Assembly: GCA_965202585.1 (NCBI GenBank)
Contig: OZ241826.1
Coordinates: 15,314,001 to 15,378,000 of the forward strand
From: Thalia democratica
Lineage: Eukaryota
DNA length: 64,000 bases
Reading direction: 5' to 3'
How positions within the stretch are numbered: position 1 is the first letter of the stretch; every line of letters starts with the position of its first letter. Both the position numbers and the translations under genes were made by a program. The notes beneath the pieces were generated by a model that was not told the origin of the DNA, did no database searches, and saw only the letters and a program-made list of their open reading frames with translations. Positions 42,101 to 53,264 of the stretch are shown one piece after another.

Positions 42101-45100
42101 TTTTGTGTTTTTTAATAAATAAAGCGGAAAACAAATTTAAATATACTAACCTATTTTTTGTCTTAATGGTTCACTTTAGTTTTTAATGAAAGTTGTGTAA
42201 ACTTTTTTAAAGAAAAGTTTCAAATATTAAGTTGTTTTTGGTTTTGTTACTGCTTAAAAATGTTGTATGCATAAAAAGTGATGTCTAACTACTTATCACT
42301 ACAAACTCACAAAACACAAAAACCAATTTAACCTGTCCTTCGACTTGGAAGTCGTTATCTTCCTGACCATCGAAGTTACCACACATTCCCAACATGTCCC
42401 CCATGTACGAATCAGGAACCACAACGTCAACCGCCTGGTCATTGTCGAATATCACTCGTACTCCTGTTGACAATATTACATTTCAAGATTTTATTGAGCC
42501 CATAAAAAGGAATGTTTAAAGTATTCGTAATACTACTCGTACTCCTAAAATTAAAATAATACTACATTTAAAATTTAAAGCTAAAAAATTATAAACGGAT
42601 ATTCTCAAAAAAAATTATAACAAAATTTGTAAAAGCTATTACACTGTTCCATCAAAAATCATAAATGTTTTTTTACAAGCGTAAATATCTTTCAAAAATA
42701 GGTTTTTATTTTATTTTAAAGTATTACTGTTTACTTTAAGTTTTTAATAATAAACCTATCTATTTTTTTTTAAATCTACATACAAACAAATATTAAACAA
42801 ACCAGAAGCCAGTCTGACACTCGTGTATTCTCCGATCCTCTCCAGTATAATGGACTTGTCCACAGTCTTGGGCATGGTAATGAACTTCTTGTTGTGGGTG
42901 GCCGTGTTGTTGGGGTAGAGCATTATGACGTGCATGCCTGCCCCCACTTCAACTCTCACCGCCTTCCTGCACCTCTGACCTGATTCGTCACATCCGAACT
43001 TGTTGTACACCTGAAATGAAGAAATTTATTTTAGTATGTTGTAAAGTGAAATTCTTTTGATATATTATGAAATAATTTTGTGTAAAATATCTGTTAGAAT
43101 GCTTTAATATACAGTGAATACTATGAATACAGTAATGCTTAAGGTTACATTTTAATTACTTATCTATCGTTTAAATTGTTAAAGCAAACATACTTCCCAC
43201 TTTGCTAAAAACGTAACTTTTTAATTAAAACGATTTTTTAAACTCATACAGTTTATGATCTAAGAAACTATACAAGTTAGGACTAAAATTTTAGAATACT
43301 ATTCAAAAGTATTTTTTAGTAAAGTAAAAGTTTAAAAGTTCACACGAAAATCAACCAACCATGACGTGTAGGTTCCCTCCCTTCTGTATGACGAACGAGT
43401 AGGAGCACTCGCCGGGAAAGTAGTACTTCTTCCCATCAAAAGTGGTGTAGTGGTGCAACCCGTACACGGAGCAGATGGCTTCGTGCTTGGACGCCCTCAA
43501 CTGGCCCACGTCCGCCACTCCCACTTCCTCCCGGTCCTCCTCCTCCTTCTGGGAGCACGTCCTACCCGCGAACCCCTGCTTGCACATGCACACGTCCGGC
43601 ACCATGCACTGGCCCCCGTTCATGCACGGTTCCGTGCAGATGGCTGTGTGGGTGTTAGATTAAAATGCTTTTGATTTTTTGTTTATAAGTCAGCAAAAGC
43701 ATATAAAGGATGGTTAGTAATTGATTTTTGTGAATTCCTTACTTTATATGTAAAAATTCAATCATTTCTGATTTTACTTACAAAGGTTTTTATGTTACTA
43801 GGTGTTAGGCTTTTTCACTTTAAGTTTGTAATCTTATTATATACTTTATTAAACCGTATACAAGCGTTCTTATACATTTAATAGAAACAGTATACAAACC
43901 TTGTTCGCAATGGTCTCCTTTGTAACCTTCAGCGCACTCACAGGTATCCTGAGCGACACAAACACCCTTGTTCAGGCATCCACCGCAATCGAACTTGGCT
44001 GTAAATAACATTAATATTTATAGTATATTATTATATTATATATAAATATTATACTATCAAAAAGCATATTTAGTTTACAGCTAAACTTTTAATTTAGCAT
44101 GAATTTAAGCCACTTAAAAATTAACAAATCATGTGGCCTATCGAGATTGGTTTTTAAATACAGTTTTAAATTTTTCAAAATTTGTTTGTGAATGATAACA
44201 TGACGCACTTGCTAATATTTATAATGAAAAACTTAAAAGTTGTTTTGTTACTCAGAAAAAAGTTAAATGTTTGAAAGCTTTACAAATTATTTTTACAACA
44301 TACAACTATTTCAAACTTACCAGTTTCACAGTGGTCACCAGTCCAGCCATGTGGACAAGAACAAGTATTTGGTTCGGTACATTCCCCGCCATTCATACAA
44401 GAAAGTTCACAAATAGCTGTAAATATATAAGTAATTTGATGGTAATAAGGTATTTTCTTCAGTACATTCTCTACCAACAAAGAAAATAGTTAATTCAAAA
44501 AAGTTATGAAATCTGCCAAAACATAAATTCTCAGTAAGCAACGTAATTTGTACATTTTAGATAAGTAAGCAATATTTCAATACTAACGCGACTCGCAGTA
44601 CTTTCCGTTCCACTCGGCTGCACATTCACATTTGTTAGGAGAAACACATTTGCCCCCATTCTTGCATTCCTCATTACATTGAGCTGTTACAATAATGTAT
44701 GAAAAAATATCAAAAAAAATTAAACTAGTTTTAATTTTGAAAAGAGTAAAGTTGCTTGTGAAAAAGCTTCCTTTAAACTAAAAAAGCTGCATAATTTGAG
44801 TGTCAGTGAATTAGAAAGGTTAAATGTCAATTTTAAGTTTTTAAAACTAAGTCATATAGAAAAAAAATGTTAAAAATTTAGTTAAATTTTCAAGATTACT
44901 ATCAGTTTTCACAGCACACAAAAAAATAAACCTAAAATTCACATTATTGACAAAGTTTTCTAAAATGAATATTTAAGCCAAACAATTTTACAAGTATCAT
45001 AGAATTACGAACATCACAGGAGTTTACAATGCATATAGTACAACCAAGTACATAATAATATATAACAACTGTTTCAAACTCACGAACATCGCATGAATTA

Positions 45101-47333
45101 TATTTTATATGACCAAGTATATTTAGTATAGTTTAATTGAAACTCACGAGTGTCGCAGGAGTTTCCGGTGTATCCACTTCCGGTACAGTCGCACGTATCC
45201 GGTGCAACGCATCTACCTCCGTTGTTGCATTTGTTACGACACACCGCTATTATGACATAATAATAATGTTTAGTTATATTTCGGTAGTTATGAGCTCGTT
45301 ATGTCAAATAAAAAGTATGTTTTTAGTCATAAACTTATTTTTGTAAATAACATGGATATGAAAACTTTTTTTGTCAAAAGTTAATAAACTGTTAGTTGCA
45401 TTTAACTTTTTTCAAAGGGACTAATTTTCTATTCCAGTATAAAATGTTGGTTGTTTTTTTCAGTAATTTTTGCTCGATTTTAAAAATAATAAATTTTTTT
45501 TTGTATTTAAAAAAACATAATTTTGATTTTATTATAGCCAAACAAAACAAGTAAGCATCAATCAACATGTTGCCATGGTAACTAACCGGTGTTGCAGTCA
45601 CTTCCGGTCCAACCCTGACAACAAGCCTGGACTTCCTGTGGTACCGAAACCTCCTTAGTTACCAGGACTGGCACTTGCGTTGTCCTGTTGTTGCAAATAT
45701 ATATTAAAAAAGTCTATAACAAATTTGTGAAATTATTAGTTTAAGTTTTTATAATTGAAAATATAAGATAAGTAGGTTACACTTAAATGTTCTTTTAAAA
45801 AATACTTTTTACTTTATTTTTTTTACATATTCAATTTTAAAGCAGTGTTTAGAACAAAGCTTCCACACTTTTTTTTATACAGAAAAAGGTTAAAAAATTT
45901 TTATTTTATTGCTGTTTTTTAAAAAAAATTGAAGTTTACTTAAAAGTCTACAGTGAAACTAATTAAAATTTGAAAAGTATTAAAATTTTTAACAGCTCAT
46001 ATAATTTTTTAAACTTCTAGACACAAAAACTTTAGAATTTTTCATTTGAAACAATGCTTTAGTTGTGCTCAAAGTGTGTTTAGTTTCATGTTTGAAGACC
46101 CATAGTTAAAAAAAAAAAAATCAACGTAGAATGTTCCCAGCGCCTCTAGGCTTGCTTTAGCTGCCTACGTCATGATGATATTACGTCATAAATACGTCAT
46201 AATACGTGGGCAGTATAAAGAAAGCCGCCAGGCGAAATGGGTAGTTTTTTTGTTGAAATATTATTTATCGTATAAAGCGTTACTCGTCTTTTAGTCTTGA
46301 AATAATTTAAAACAAAGTCTAACATTTAAGTTTAACAAAACTTTTAAAAGTTAGACTTGAGACTTTAAGAACCATTTGTTGATTTTGATGTATATTAAAG
46401 TTAAAAAACTTAAAAAGAGATTATTTTAAACATTTCAAACATGAATATTGTAAAAAATAAGTCAACTTGTAAATTACTAAAAAAAGATTGTTTTAAAAAC
46501 CTTTAAAACTTAAAATAATAGTCATAAGTTGTTAAGAAAAACCGCTCTTCTGTTTTATACCGTGCAATTAACTGCAAATTTATCAATTGTAATAAAGTAA
46601 TTGCAAATAAACTTTAGTTTTGTTTTTGTTGCTGTTTGTTAATGTTACCTGGTGAAAGTGCAGTAAACTTCTCCGTCCTGATCGAACCTTTCGGCTATGA
46701 CGTCGTTACTAGTGACGTCATCGCAATTCTGGTACTTGAGGGTTTCGACTTGTTCCTGGAGTTCTTCGACCTGTCGTTCTTCCATGACGTTCCTTGTAAT
46801 CGGGCACCAACTAAAAAAATATAGTTTTAAAAATTTATCACAAGCTGGTGGTAAATTTATAATTGTTCGGACTTCAGTTAAAAAGTGATTTATTGAAGTT
46901 GACATAATAAAGACAGATGTTTAAAACTTATTGATGGTTTATTAAAAAAAATTGTTGTTATATTTGTTAGAAATAAAACTTTAACAGTTTTGTAAGTAAC
47001 TTTGGATTTAAGGTCGTGGTTTTAAAGTATTTGTTACTAGCTATATAAAAAGCTGCTTGAAACATTTTTAGTTTTCAAAATAAAAAGCCTGAAAACTAAA
47101 TTAAGAGTAGCTGGTTTTCTTTATAAACATTTTAGTTTTTTCAACTACAATTAAGTTTTTTTTTATAAATATAATTTTAAACCTTAAAGTTTGTTGTTTT
47201 TTTACAAAATAATTTTATTTTTTTTAATTTTTTAATAATTTTTTCAAACTCACTGATCATCGGCAACGGTCACCGCTGACAGCAGGGCGACCGAGGCGAT
47301 TATGACGTAACAACTAGACCTCAAGTCCATCAT
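738..47333 (-). CDS. Giant secreted VWD/discoidin/mucin protein (hemolectin / SCO-spondin / VWF-like superfamily), 74 exons in window, 3' end beyond left edge
   Basis: Hand-spliced exons, all GT-AG except the acceptor at 13474, with continuous frame: 47254-47333, 46649-46810, 45587-45684, 45148-45246, 44588-44683, 44321-44416, 43900-43998, 43360-43643, 42803-43010, 42333-42463, 41738-41935, 41133-41277, 40038-40166, 39516-39630, 38972-39077, 38552-38697, 38105-38294, 37514-37720, 36649-37200, 36143-36354, 35591-35822, 35175-35315, 34778-34910, 34179-34511, 33650-33884, 32584-32692, 32317-32377, 31833-32032, 31306-31516, 30876-31052, 29313-29474, 28600-28649, 28372-28422, 27957-28127, 27371-27498, 26765-26874, 26034-26381, 25547-25768, 25204-25326, 24788-25005, 23452-23646, 22832-23315, 21879-22766, 21589-21708, 20453-20785, 19352-20248, 19064-19183, 18654-18986, 17619-18452, 17295-17402, 15963-17051, 15498-15617, 15080-15415, 13615-14514, 13355-13474, 12962-13297, 11477-12382, 11186-11305, 10769-11104, 9092-9985, 8827-8946, 8433-8768, 7550-8341, 7202-7318, 5793-5915, 5237-5554, 4035-4972, 3434-3721, 2938-3145, 2562-2686, 2198-2322, 1612-1810, 1261-1383, 738-1059. 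Starts [26 protein letters not shown] (signal peptide); no stop codon reached. Confidence 0.93.
3434..4972 (-). CDS. PTS tract and discoidin domain 11 (two exons)
   Basis: [45 protein letters not shown]..| [25 protein letters not shown]. Confidence 0.88.
7550..8341 (-). CDS. Array exon A7: discoidin + PTS
   Basis: 792 nt, phase 1-1, near-identical discoidin. Confidence 0.92.
9092..9985 (-). CDS. Array exon A6: discoidin + PTS
   Basis: 894 nt, phase 1-1; HLVEW instead of HPVEW. Confidence 0.92.
10093..10629. mobile_element. Degenerate TTAA-flanked MITE, same family as 20834-21524
   Basis: Begins TTAA|GGCCAGAAAGG; ends ACCCTCTATTGACC|TTAG (reverse complement GGTCAATAGAGGGT, like the TIR of the intact copy). 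Shares the internal CAGTCAAAGT motif at a similar offset. Confidence 0.6.
11477..12382 (-). CDS. Array exon A5: discoidin + PTS
   Basis: 906 nt, phase 1-1, near-identical discoidin. Confidence 0.92.
13615..14514 (-). CDS. Array exon A4: discoidin + PTS
   Basis: 900 nt, phase 1-1, near-identical discoidin. Confidence 0.92.
15963..17051 (-). CDS. Array exon D: divergent discoidin + long PTS ending in the A-type tail
   Basis: [21 protein letters not shown]...[20 protein letters not shown]...ALRFELIGC; 1089 nt, phase 1-1. Confidence 0.9.
17619..18452 (-). CDS. Array exon A3: discoidin + PTS
   Basis: Same discoidin with a different tail; 834 nt, phase 1-1. Confidence 0.92.
19352..20248 (-). CDS. 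Array exon A2: discoidin + PTS
   Basis: Near-identical to A1; 897 nt, phase 1-1. Confidence 0.92.
20834..21524. mobile_element. Non-autonomous DNA transposon (MITE), Kolobok-like: TTAA TSD, GG..CC termini
   Basis: TTAA at 20830-33 and 21525-28. TIR GGCCATAG(G/A)GGGGT(A/C)AAAC at both ends. Internal inverted repeat (about 21032-21082 vs 21255-21312). Absent from the paralogous intron 18987-19063. Confidence 0.85.
21879..22766 (-). CDS. Array exon A1: discoidin domain flanked by PTS tracts
   Basis: [18 protein letters not shown]...[19 protein letters not shown]...[16 protein letters not shown]; 888 nt, phase 1-1. Confidence 0.92.
22832..26381 (-). CDS. Discoidin (FA58C) domains 1 and 2 with Thr-rich linkers
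   Basis: [21 protein letters not shown]...[19 protein letters not shown]...MRLEFYGC; [38 protein letters not shown]...QTAVKGC. Confidence 0.9.
24505..24810. repeat. ~92-bp tandem repeat that copies the 3' end and donor of exon 40
   Basis: ACCTGTATGTACTGTCnGGGAGTG at about 24602, 24694 and 24786; degenerate fourth copy at about 24505. Confidence 0.85.
26765..32692 (-). CDS. TIL/VWC-type Cys-rich modules, short Thr-rich linkers and one LDL-receptor class A repeat
   Basis: [16 protein letters not shown]; [15 protein letters not shown]; [16 protein letters not shown]; [15 protein letters not shown]; LDLa: [36 protein letters not shown] (27957-28127); [15 protein letters not shown]. Confidence 0.85.
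27470..27715. repeat. ~106-bp local duplication of the acceptor and 5' end of exon 35
   Basis: TTTGCATTCACTTTCCAACCAAGRTTCACCGCTCTG at about 27466-27501 and 27572-27607; weaker third copy near 27685-27712. Confidence 0.8.
30370..30441 (+). tRNA. tRNA-Ala(TGC), intronic and antisense to the giant gene
   Basis: GGGGACGTAGCTCAGTGGTAGAGC-G-CAAGC TT TGC AT GTTTG-AGGCC-CCGGG TTCGATC CCCGG-CGTCTCC-A; cloverleaf intact, followed by a T-run terminator. Confidence 0.95.
32689..32790. repeat. 32-34 bp triplication of the exon 26 acceptor
   Basis: TGAGCTGTTGAAATGACAATAAGAT, TGAGCTGTTGAAACGACAATAAGAT, TGAGCTGTCAACATGACAATAAGAT. Confidence 0.85.
33650..35822 (-). CDS. VWD3-C8-TIL assembly
   Basis: [25 protein letters not shown]; [17 protein letters not shown]; [19 protein letters not shown]; [14 protein letters not shown]. 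Confidence 0.93.
36143..39077 (-). CDS. VWD2-C8-TIL-TIL assembly
   Basis: [25 protein letters not shown]; [16 protein letters not shown]; [15 protein letters not shown]; [10 protein letters not shown]; [18 protein letters not shown]. Confidence 0.92.
39516..43480 (-). CDS. VWD1-C8-TIL assembly
   Basis: [26 protein letters not shown]; [15 protein letters not shown]; [19 protein letters not shown]; [18 protein letters not shown]. Confidence 0.92.
43545..45246 (-). CDS. Five tandem EGF-like domains (exons 4-8)
   Basis: [31 protein letters not shown]; [29 protein letters not shown]; [29 protein letters not shown]; [29 protein letters not shown]; [29 protein letters not shown]. The first four are each on a 96-99 nt phase-1 exon. 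Confidence 0.93.
45587..47333 (-). CDS. Exons 1-3: signal peptide and EMI domain
   Basis: HWCPITRNV...YQNC...YCTFTR...[13 protein letters not shown] matches the EMI pattern (W-C near the start, CC-x-GW-x-G-x-x-C at the end) known from EMILIN/multimerin/SCO-spondin. Confidence 0.8.
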
Positions 47334-50300
47334 TACAACCCGCTTCTAATTTCCTGAAGAAGCTCGAAATATTATTTCGTAAGTTAAATCGCAACTCGAT
47401 AAAATAAACTATTTTTTATCGCTCTCTTTGTAACAGAGAGGAAATTTGTAATTTTTCGACGTCGGACAATCTTATTTATACTCGGATTTTTTCTTGGTTA
47501 ATTTTTTCAACAAGAGTGGCAACACATAAAGTGGCCCGCTTGTAACAACAACCCAAAAAAAACTTGCCCGGACATGCGAAAGGGGCCCTTCAAATTTGTT
47601 ATGCCCCCGAAAACGTTTCCCTCTAAAAACTTCGTCAAAGTTTCATGAAATGCGCGCAAACAACGTACAAACAAATACTTGACAATAACAACTTTGAAAT
47701 TCGCTCGCGTTCGGTATTGTTATTGCGCCGCAAAAATTGTCAAATATTTTTCTTGAAAAAGTCTTTCGCTAAAAGTTTTGCTTTTTGTTTGCTTTGATCT
47801 TATCCCAACTTTCGTGTCGCCACCGAAAATTTAGCGAGCCGTGAGAGATTGCAGCCACTTTAGAAACTTTGAGGAGTTTTCGCAGGAATTATGACGTAAG
47901 AGTAACTTGAACTTGGAACAACAATTTGTATCCTGTTTCAAGAAAATGTTTGCTTAATAAGCTGCTTGTTTGTGGTGTTTTGTAAACTACCAAGTTTAAG
48001 TGTAATTTTTCTACAATGTTACGTAAAAAGTTTTGTGTTGTATAAAGTTTACAATAAATTTATGCATGTAAAAAATAAACTTGTTCTAAAGTCATTCTTA
48101 CATAAAAGGGTTTTTTGATGTAATGTTTGCAATAAAAATTAATATCACAAAGTAATAAATCATTTAATTATAACTTGTAGACAGTAAAAAATATTGATCA
48201 TACAAAAATATTTCATTAAAATTGAATATAAATTAATATTATTGTCACATTTCAGGTTATGTTGTATAGTTAAAATATTTTATAGAAATTTTTATGGTAA
48301 ATTAAAATGTTTTTTTAACGCAGCATGTACTGTACAATCTTTTAAATGGTAATTTTGAATTTAATCAACAAATTTAAATATGTGACTTTAAAATTTAAAT
48401 ATAAATCATCTAATTTAAATTAGTTTTAATTTTACGAAATAAATACCATTGTATATTCTATTCAATTTATTTTCTTTACACGGAAAGGTTAGGTTTTTTT
48501 AGTGCAGTCCAAAAATCATTATACAGTACCTTATAAATTTTAGAGTAATTAAAGGCTAACTTTACTTACTAATTCTAATTAATTTGTTTAGAAATGTTGG
48601 ATAAAAAAATCATAAAATGGTAACACAAAATTACTTTCAGCATTTTGTATTTAAAATTATAAAATATCTGTTTTTGAATATTTTTTAAAGTATAATAAGG
48701 GATTCTATCTGAAGGCCGATCAGGTTAACACGTCAAAACTTCATTGAAATATTTTTAACAAAAGAAATTTCACTTAACGTAGCAGTACTATCTTAATACA
48801 AATTTTAAAACAAACTTTAATTTTGAGCAAAATATGTTCAAATGCATTTCAAACTTAAACGATTGTTTATTTTTTTCTCAGTTTCTTTTCCACTAAAAAA
48901 AGTAGAGGACTTTCAAAAATATTAAGTAATTTAACTTTCCATGTTTGTCTACCAAGCATGATCTAAATGAGTATAATAATTTTTATGAGATGAAATAAGT
49001 TTTGTAATAATATCAAAATACAAAACTTTAAAAACATTTGTCACAGTCTTTGGATATAAATTCTAATAATATACAAAATATAATTCAAACAACTTTGAAA
49101 TTTTTATTTTAATTTTGAAAAAGTAACTTGCAATTAAGTAACAGTTTTTCAGGAATAATTAGTTATTTATTTTAGTAAAGCATTAACTGAACTTTTGTAA
49201 TAATAAACAGTTTAAGGTAACATAAACATGTTTATTCAATAAAGTTTACGGAAAATTTTCTCAAAGCTTTGATATTGTTATTAAACTGGCGTGAAATATA
49301 CAAACAACTAATTACTTATATATGCACTACTTAACTTACGTGCTTAAGTTGCTTTTTATTGTAACTCCTTTTGAACTTGTGAGTTTTAATAAGTTTAAAA
49401 ACACATTTTGTTTTTATGAAAAATACGTTTAAATGAAAATAATAGTTTTGGTTACTTTACCTTAGCAGAATAAATATCAAAAAGTTAGAAGTATCTTAAT
49501 ACTACAGAAAAAACTTTACCAAAAAAGTAAATTTCACTGTATTATTATTTGTTCTTATGTTTTTAAAGTAATTTAAAAATAATTTAAGATATTAAACTGG
49601 TTAAAAAATAATTTTGATCGACTATTTTTTCTAATTTTCTAAAAGCTTATTACTCATTTAACTTCTTAACCTTGCATATATTAATATTTTTATTTGAAAA
49701 CAAGTTCAATTAACTTAAACTTTAACATTATTTTATTGATCAGTTTTGATTACGCAAACGTTTACTTACAAAAATTTGTTATAAATAAATGTATTAAAAA
49801 ATTTAAATACTGCTAATTTTTCATTATTTTTTGATAAATTTGTACTTTTACATTTTAAAACATTTTTTAACAAATAATTGACTTCTAATTGTTAAAAAGA
49901 AATATTTGATATTACATCATACTTAGATATACATCTTGATTGTAAATAAGATAATTTTGCAATAAAAACAACTTGAAAATACTTGAGGTCTAAATAAAGT
50001 TAGTTAAGTATTGTTTTTACAAAGAATGAGTGATTGTTATCTTTTGTTTGCAATTACTTTAAAATGTCATCAACTGTGTTTTCAACATAAATGATTCATA
50101 AGCATTCTGATTTTTTCAGTAAAAACAGTTTGCTTTTTTGTGTTGTTACCATTACAAAACAACTACTGAAACCTAAAATTTAAATAATCAATTAAATTTG
50201 AAAATCAGTAAATGAAAAATCCTTAGTTGAAAGTTTGTACTTTGATAAGATCATAACAATAATTAAACGCTACTGAAGCTATTTTAAACATACTCAGTTT

Positions 50301-52852
50301 TAACTTTCTTTATTCACAGAATTAAAAAGTTTTATTTCAAAAAGTATAGATAGGTATACTAGCACTTTAAACTATTTAAAACTTAACTAAAGTTGTTATT
50401 AACAATACTTTATTGTTAATTGTCTTTTTATATAGATAATGAGAAAAATGACATCATTTTGAAACTTATTTTTTTAGTTTCGTACCTTTTCATATTACTA
50501 AGAGTGATTTTTTTCAAGTTTAAATTTATTAAAAAAACATACTTTAAGTCTTAAATCTCCTTGTTTATGTTTAAATAATTTAAGGTTAATATGCAATAAC
50601 TTAGATAAAACCTTACAAATTTAAAAAACCTTTTTTTCTTTAAAACTTTAATCAAGTTTTATAAAGTTTTCGAACAGTTTGTACTTAAAGTAGCTTTGTA
50701 TGATTTTGTTTATTTATTTTTAGCTTTGACTTTTTTTGCTTAGTTTTTAAACTACTTATTTATCATTTTATTTGTGGTATACCAAACGTTGAAGTTAAAA
50801 TAAAAGTAATCACGTAGACGAACTTTTTACTTTTTGTCAACAAAAAAAATATTATTTTTGTCAGTCAGAACAAAAACTTATAAAGTTCTTTATTGTTTTT
50901 TATACTACCTAGAATAATAGGTAAGTGGGTAGTCTGCCTTTTTTATCAAAAGTTGAATATATTTTAATAATACAGTATGATACTACTAACCGTTAAAAAC
51001 CCTTAAAAGGTATTTAAGTTTTAGAAACAATACATTTAAAAAAAGATCTTATCTTTACTGCAATACATTCAATGCTGTTAAAAATACATATTTAAAGAAT
51101 ATATAATACATTATTTATTTAGATGTGATAAATAGGACTTAAGTAAAATTTACATTTAGTTCTAAACAAAATAAAATTTTATTTTTAAAGTATAACTAAA
51201 TCTAATAAAAGACTGTAATTAAATTAAAAATAAACTCATAAACTAACCATGGTATTTTACCAGAAAAGGTGTCAATATTGCTAAAAATACTTACAACAAA
51301 AAATTAACAGTTTTTTTAAGCTAGCGTTTTTATCTTTGTTTCATATTTGTTTAGTATGATTTCAATATTTTTGAAAGGTTTTAAACAAACTTTTACTACA
51401 TACAAAACTTATTTGTTTTTTCTTTTTCAAATCAAAACAGTTGCTTTAAAAATAAATTCATATCATAAACACAGTAGTTTTCGGATTTTTGAACTGACAG
51501 TTTCACTCTAGTTTTAATAACTAACTTAATTAATTAGTTTTTTAAATTAACTTCTTATTTAGTTTGTAGTGAAATACAAGTAGCTTTTAAAAATTTGTTA
51601 CACCTTGAAACTATAATACACACTTTCTTAGTTTGTGGTATACAGTTTCTTAAAATTAAACAAAATTTATAATACAATTACTTGCTTATGGAAAATATCA
51701 AACCGTTATTGTTATTTGCTGACAGTCTTTTTTTGTTTACAACCATTTTAAAATATTATCTTAAAACAAATAAATTTTTGGTGACCCAAAATTTTTTATT
51801 GCTTACTTTGTCTCTCAAATTGTTAATATAAATACATTTACTAGATTATAAATTATAAATTAGTGTTAATTTTTGATGTTTTTACTACTAAATTTAGTTT
51901 ATTAGTGTGTTTTTTAAGTTAATAGTTTTTAAAAGTTTTGGTTTCAAACTAAATAAAAATACTTGAGGAAATAAAAGTCTAAAAACAGTTACTACTTCTG
52001 TCATTAAAGACCAAAGTTATTCTTTAAGTAAGCAATTCAAAAGAAGTATATGTTAAAATATTAGAAAATAAAATGTGCAAAGTAAAGAAAAATTGTTTTA
52101 AAAATAATCTACAGAGTAAGTTAATACTTATGGTGATATGTTTTTATACGTTAAAAATAGTTTATGGAATAGAACTAAAAAAAAACAAGTTAAAGTACTT
52201 AAATTAGTTAGGTATTTAATTAAACCCTTGGAAAAACTACTTTTTGCAACTGATTTCAAATCAAATAACTTTTCTACAAAACTAGACATTTTAAATATGA
52301 ATTGTTAGATTTAAAATGTATTTTATACCTATGTTACTTACAAAAAAAAGCAGGTTAAAAAAAGTACAGCTAAAGTGTGTAAAACGCTAATTGCTGTTGA
52401 AAATATCTTGGGTAATAATCTAGGAGCTAAAGTGTGTAAACATCTAAAAATCGGTTAAAAAGAGTTAAAACTAATTTATGAGCAAACGCAATGGAAAAGT
52501 CTTTAAAGCAGCTTTTACCAAAAAACAAAGATATATTTTAACTATTTAGTACTGTTGTTTATAATAACTTCATTTTGAATTAAATAAATATTTACTTTTT
52601 AGTAAGTTGAAAATTTGTTTGTAATGCAATATTATCCGTTGTAAAATTTAATTGTTTCTTTTTTCTACAACAAGGTTGATTTATTAGAAGCAAAATGTTC
52701 TGTATATTTCAAGTTGTATTGCAGAAATAGCTAAATATAAAAAGCAAGCTCAGCAGTTGTCTAAAAAGTTCAAAATCATTTAACTTTCTACTGTTGGTGA
52801 AGTAGCTAGCAGTTTTACGTTTATAAACGCAATTTTAGTTTTCTGACCGTCG

Positions 52853-52925
52853 GGTTCCATAGTGTAGCGGTTATCACGTCTGCTTTACACGCAAAAGGTC
52901 GCAGGTTCGAGCCCCGCTGGAACCT
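52853..52925 (+). tRNA. tRNA-Val(TAC), mismatched copy (possibly non-functional)
   Basis: GGTTCCATAGTGTAGCGGTTATCACGTCTGCTTTACACGCAAAAGGTCGCAGGTTCGAGCCCCGCTGGAACCT. C:A mismatch in the anticodon stem and A:C mismatch in the T stem relative to the 60424 copy. Confidence 0.8.
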
Positions 52926-53264
52926 TTTGTAAAAAGAAACTTTAAGATTATCTTCTACACATTTGTAATACATCAATTAGTATTTAAGATTGATACCTAG
53001 TTGATACCAAAAACTAAATTTTTATTTGAATAGGGTAATTGGTTCTGTGAAAGCTGTTAATTTTCTTTAAAATTTATTTACTTTGAACATAATTTTAAAT
53101 CTACTAACAAGCCATAGTTTGTTACTTTATTGCACAATACTAACTTATGTTATCAACTTTAAAACGCTATGTTTTTCTTTTGTTTAAAAAAATTAGTAAA
53201 TATATCACTTACAATAATAAAATCACACCGGAACAAACAAAAAATATGTTCTCATTAGAATTTA

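Noticed and set aside
738-47333. Naming the gene SSPO, Hml or VWF
   Set aside because: No TSP1 repeats, only one LDLa and no VWA domains in the window; orthology needs a phylogeny and the missing C-terminus.
50040-50125. Minus-strand VDDILK resembling the orphan protein core
   Set aside because: Short, stop-ridden and AT-rich, with no supporting neighbouring exons.
47950-52700. Search for additional genes in the AT-rich intergenic stretch
   Set aside because: No consistent exon chain or recognisable motif found by eye; further micro-exon genes cannot be excluded without RNA data.
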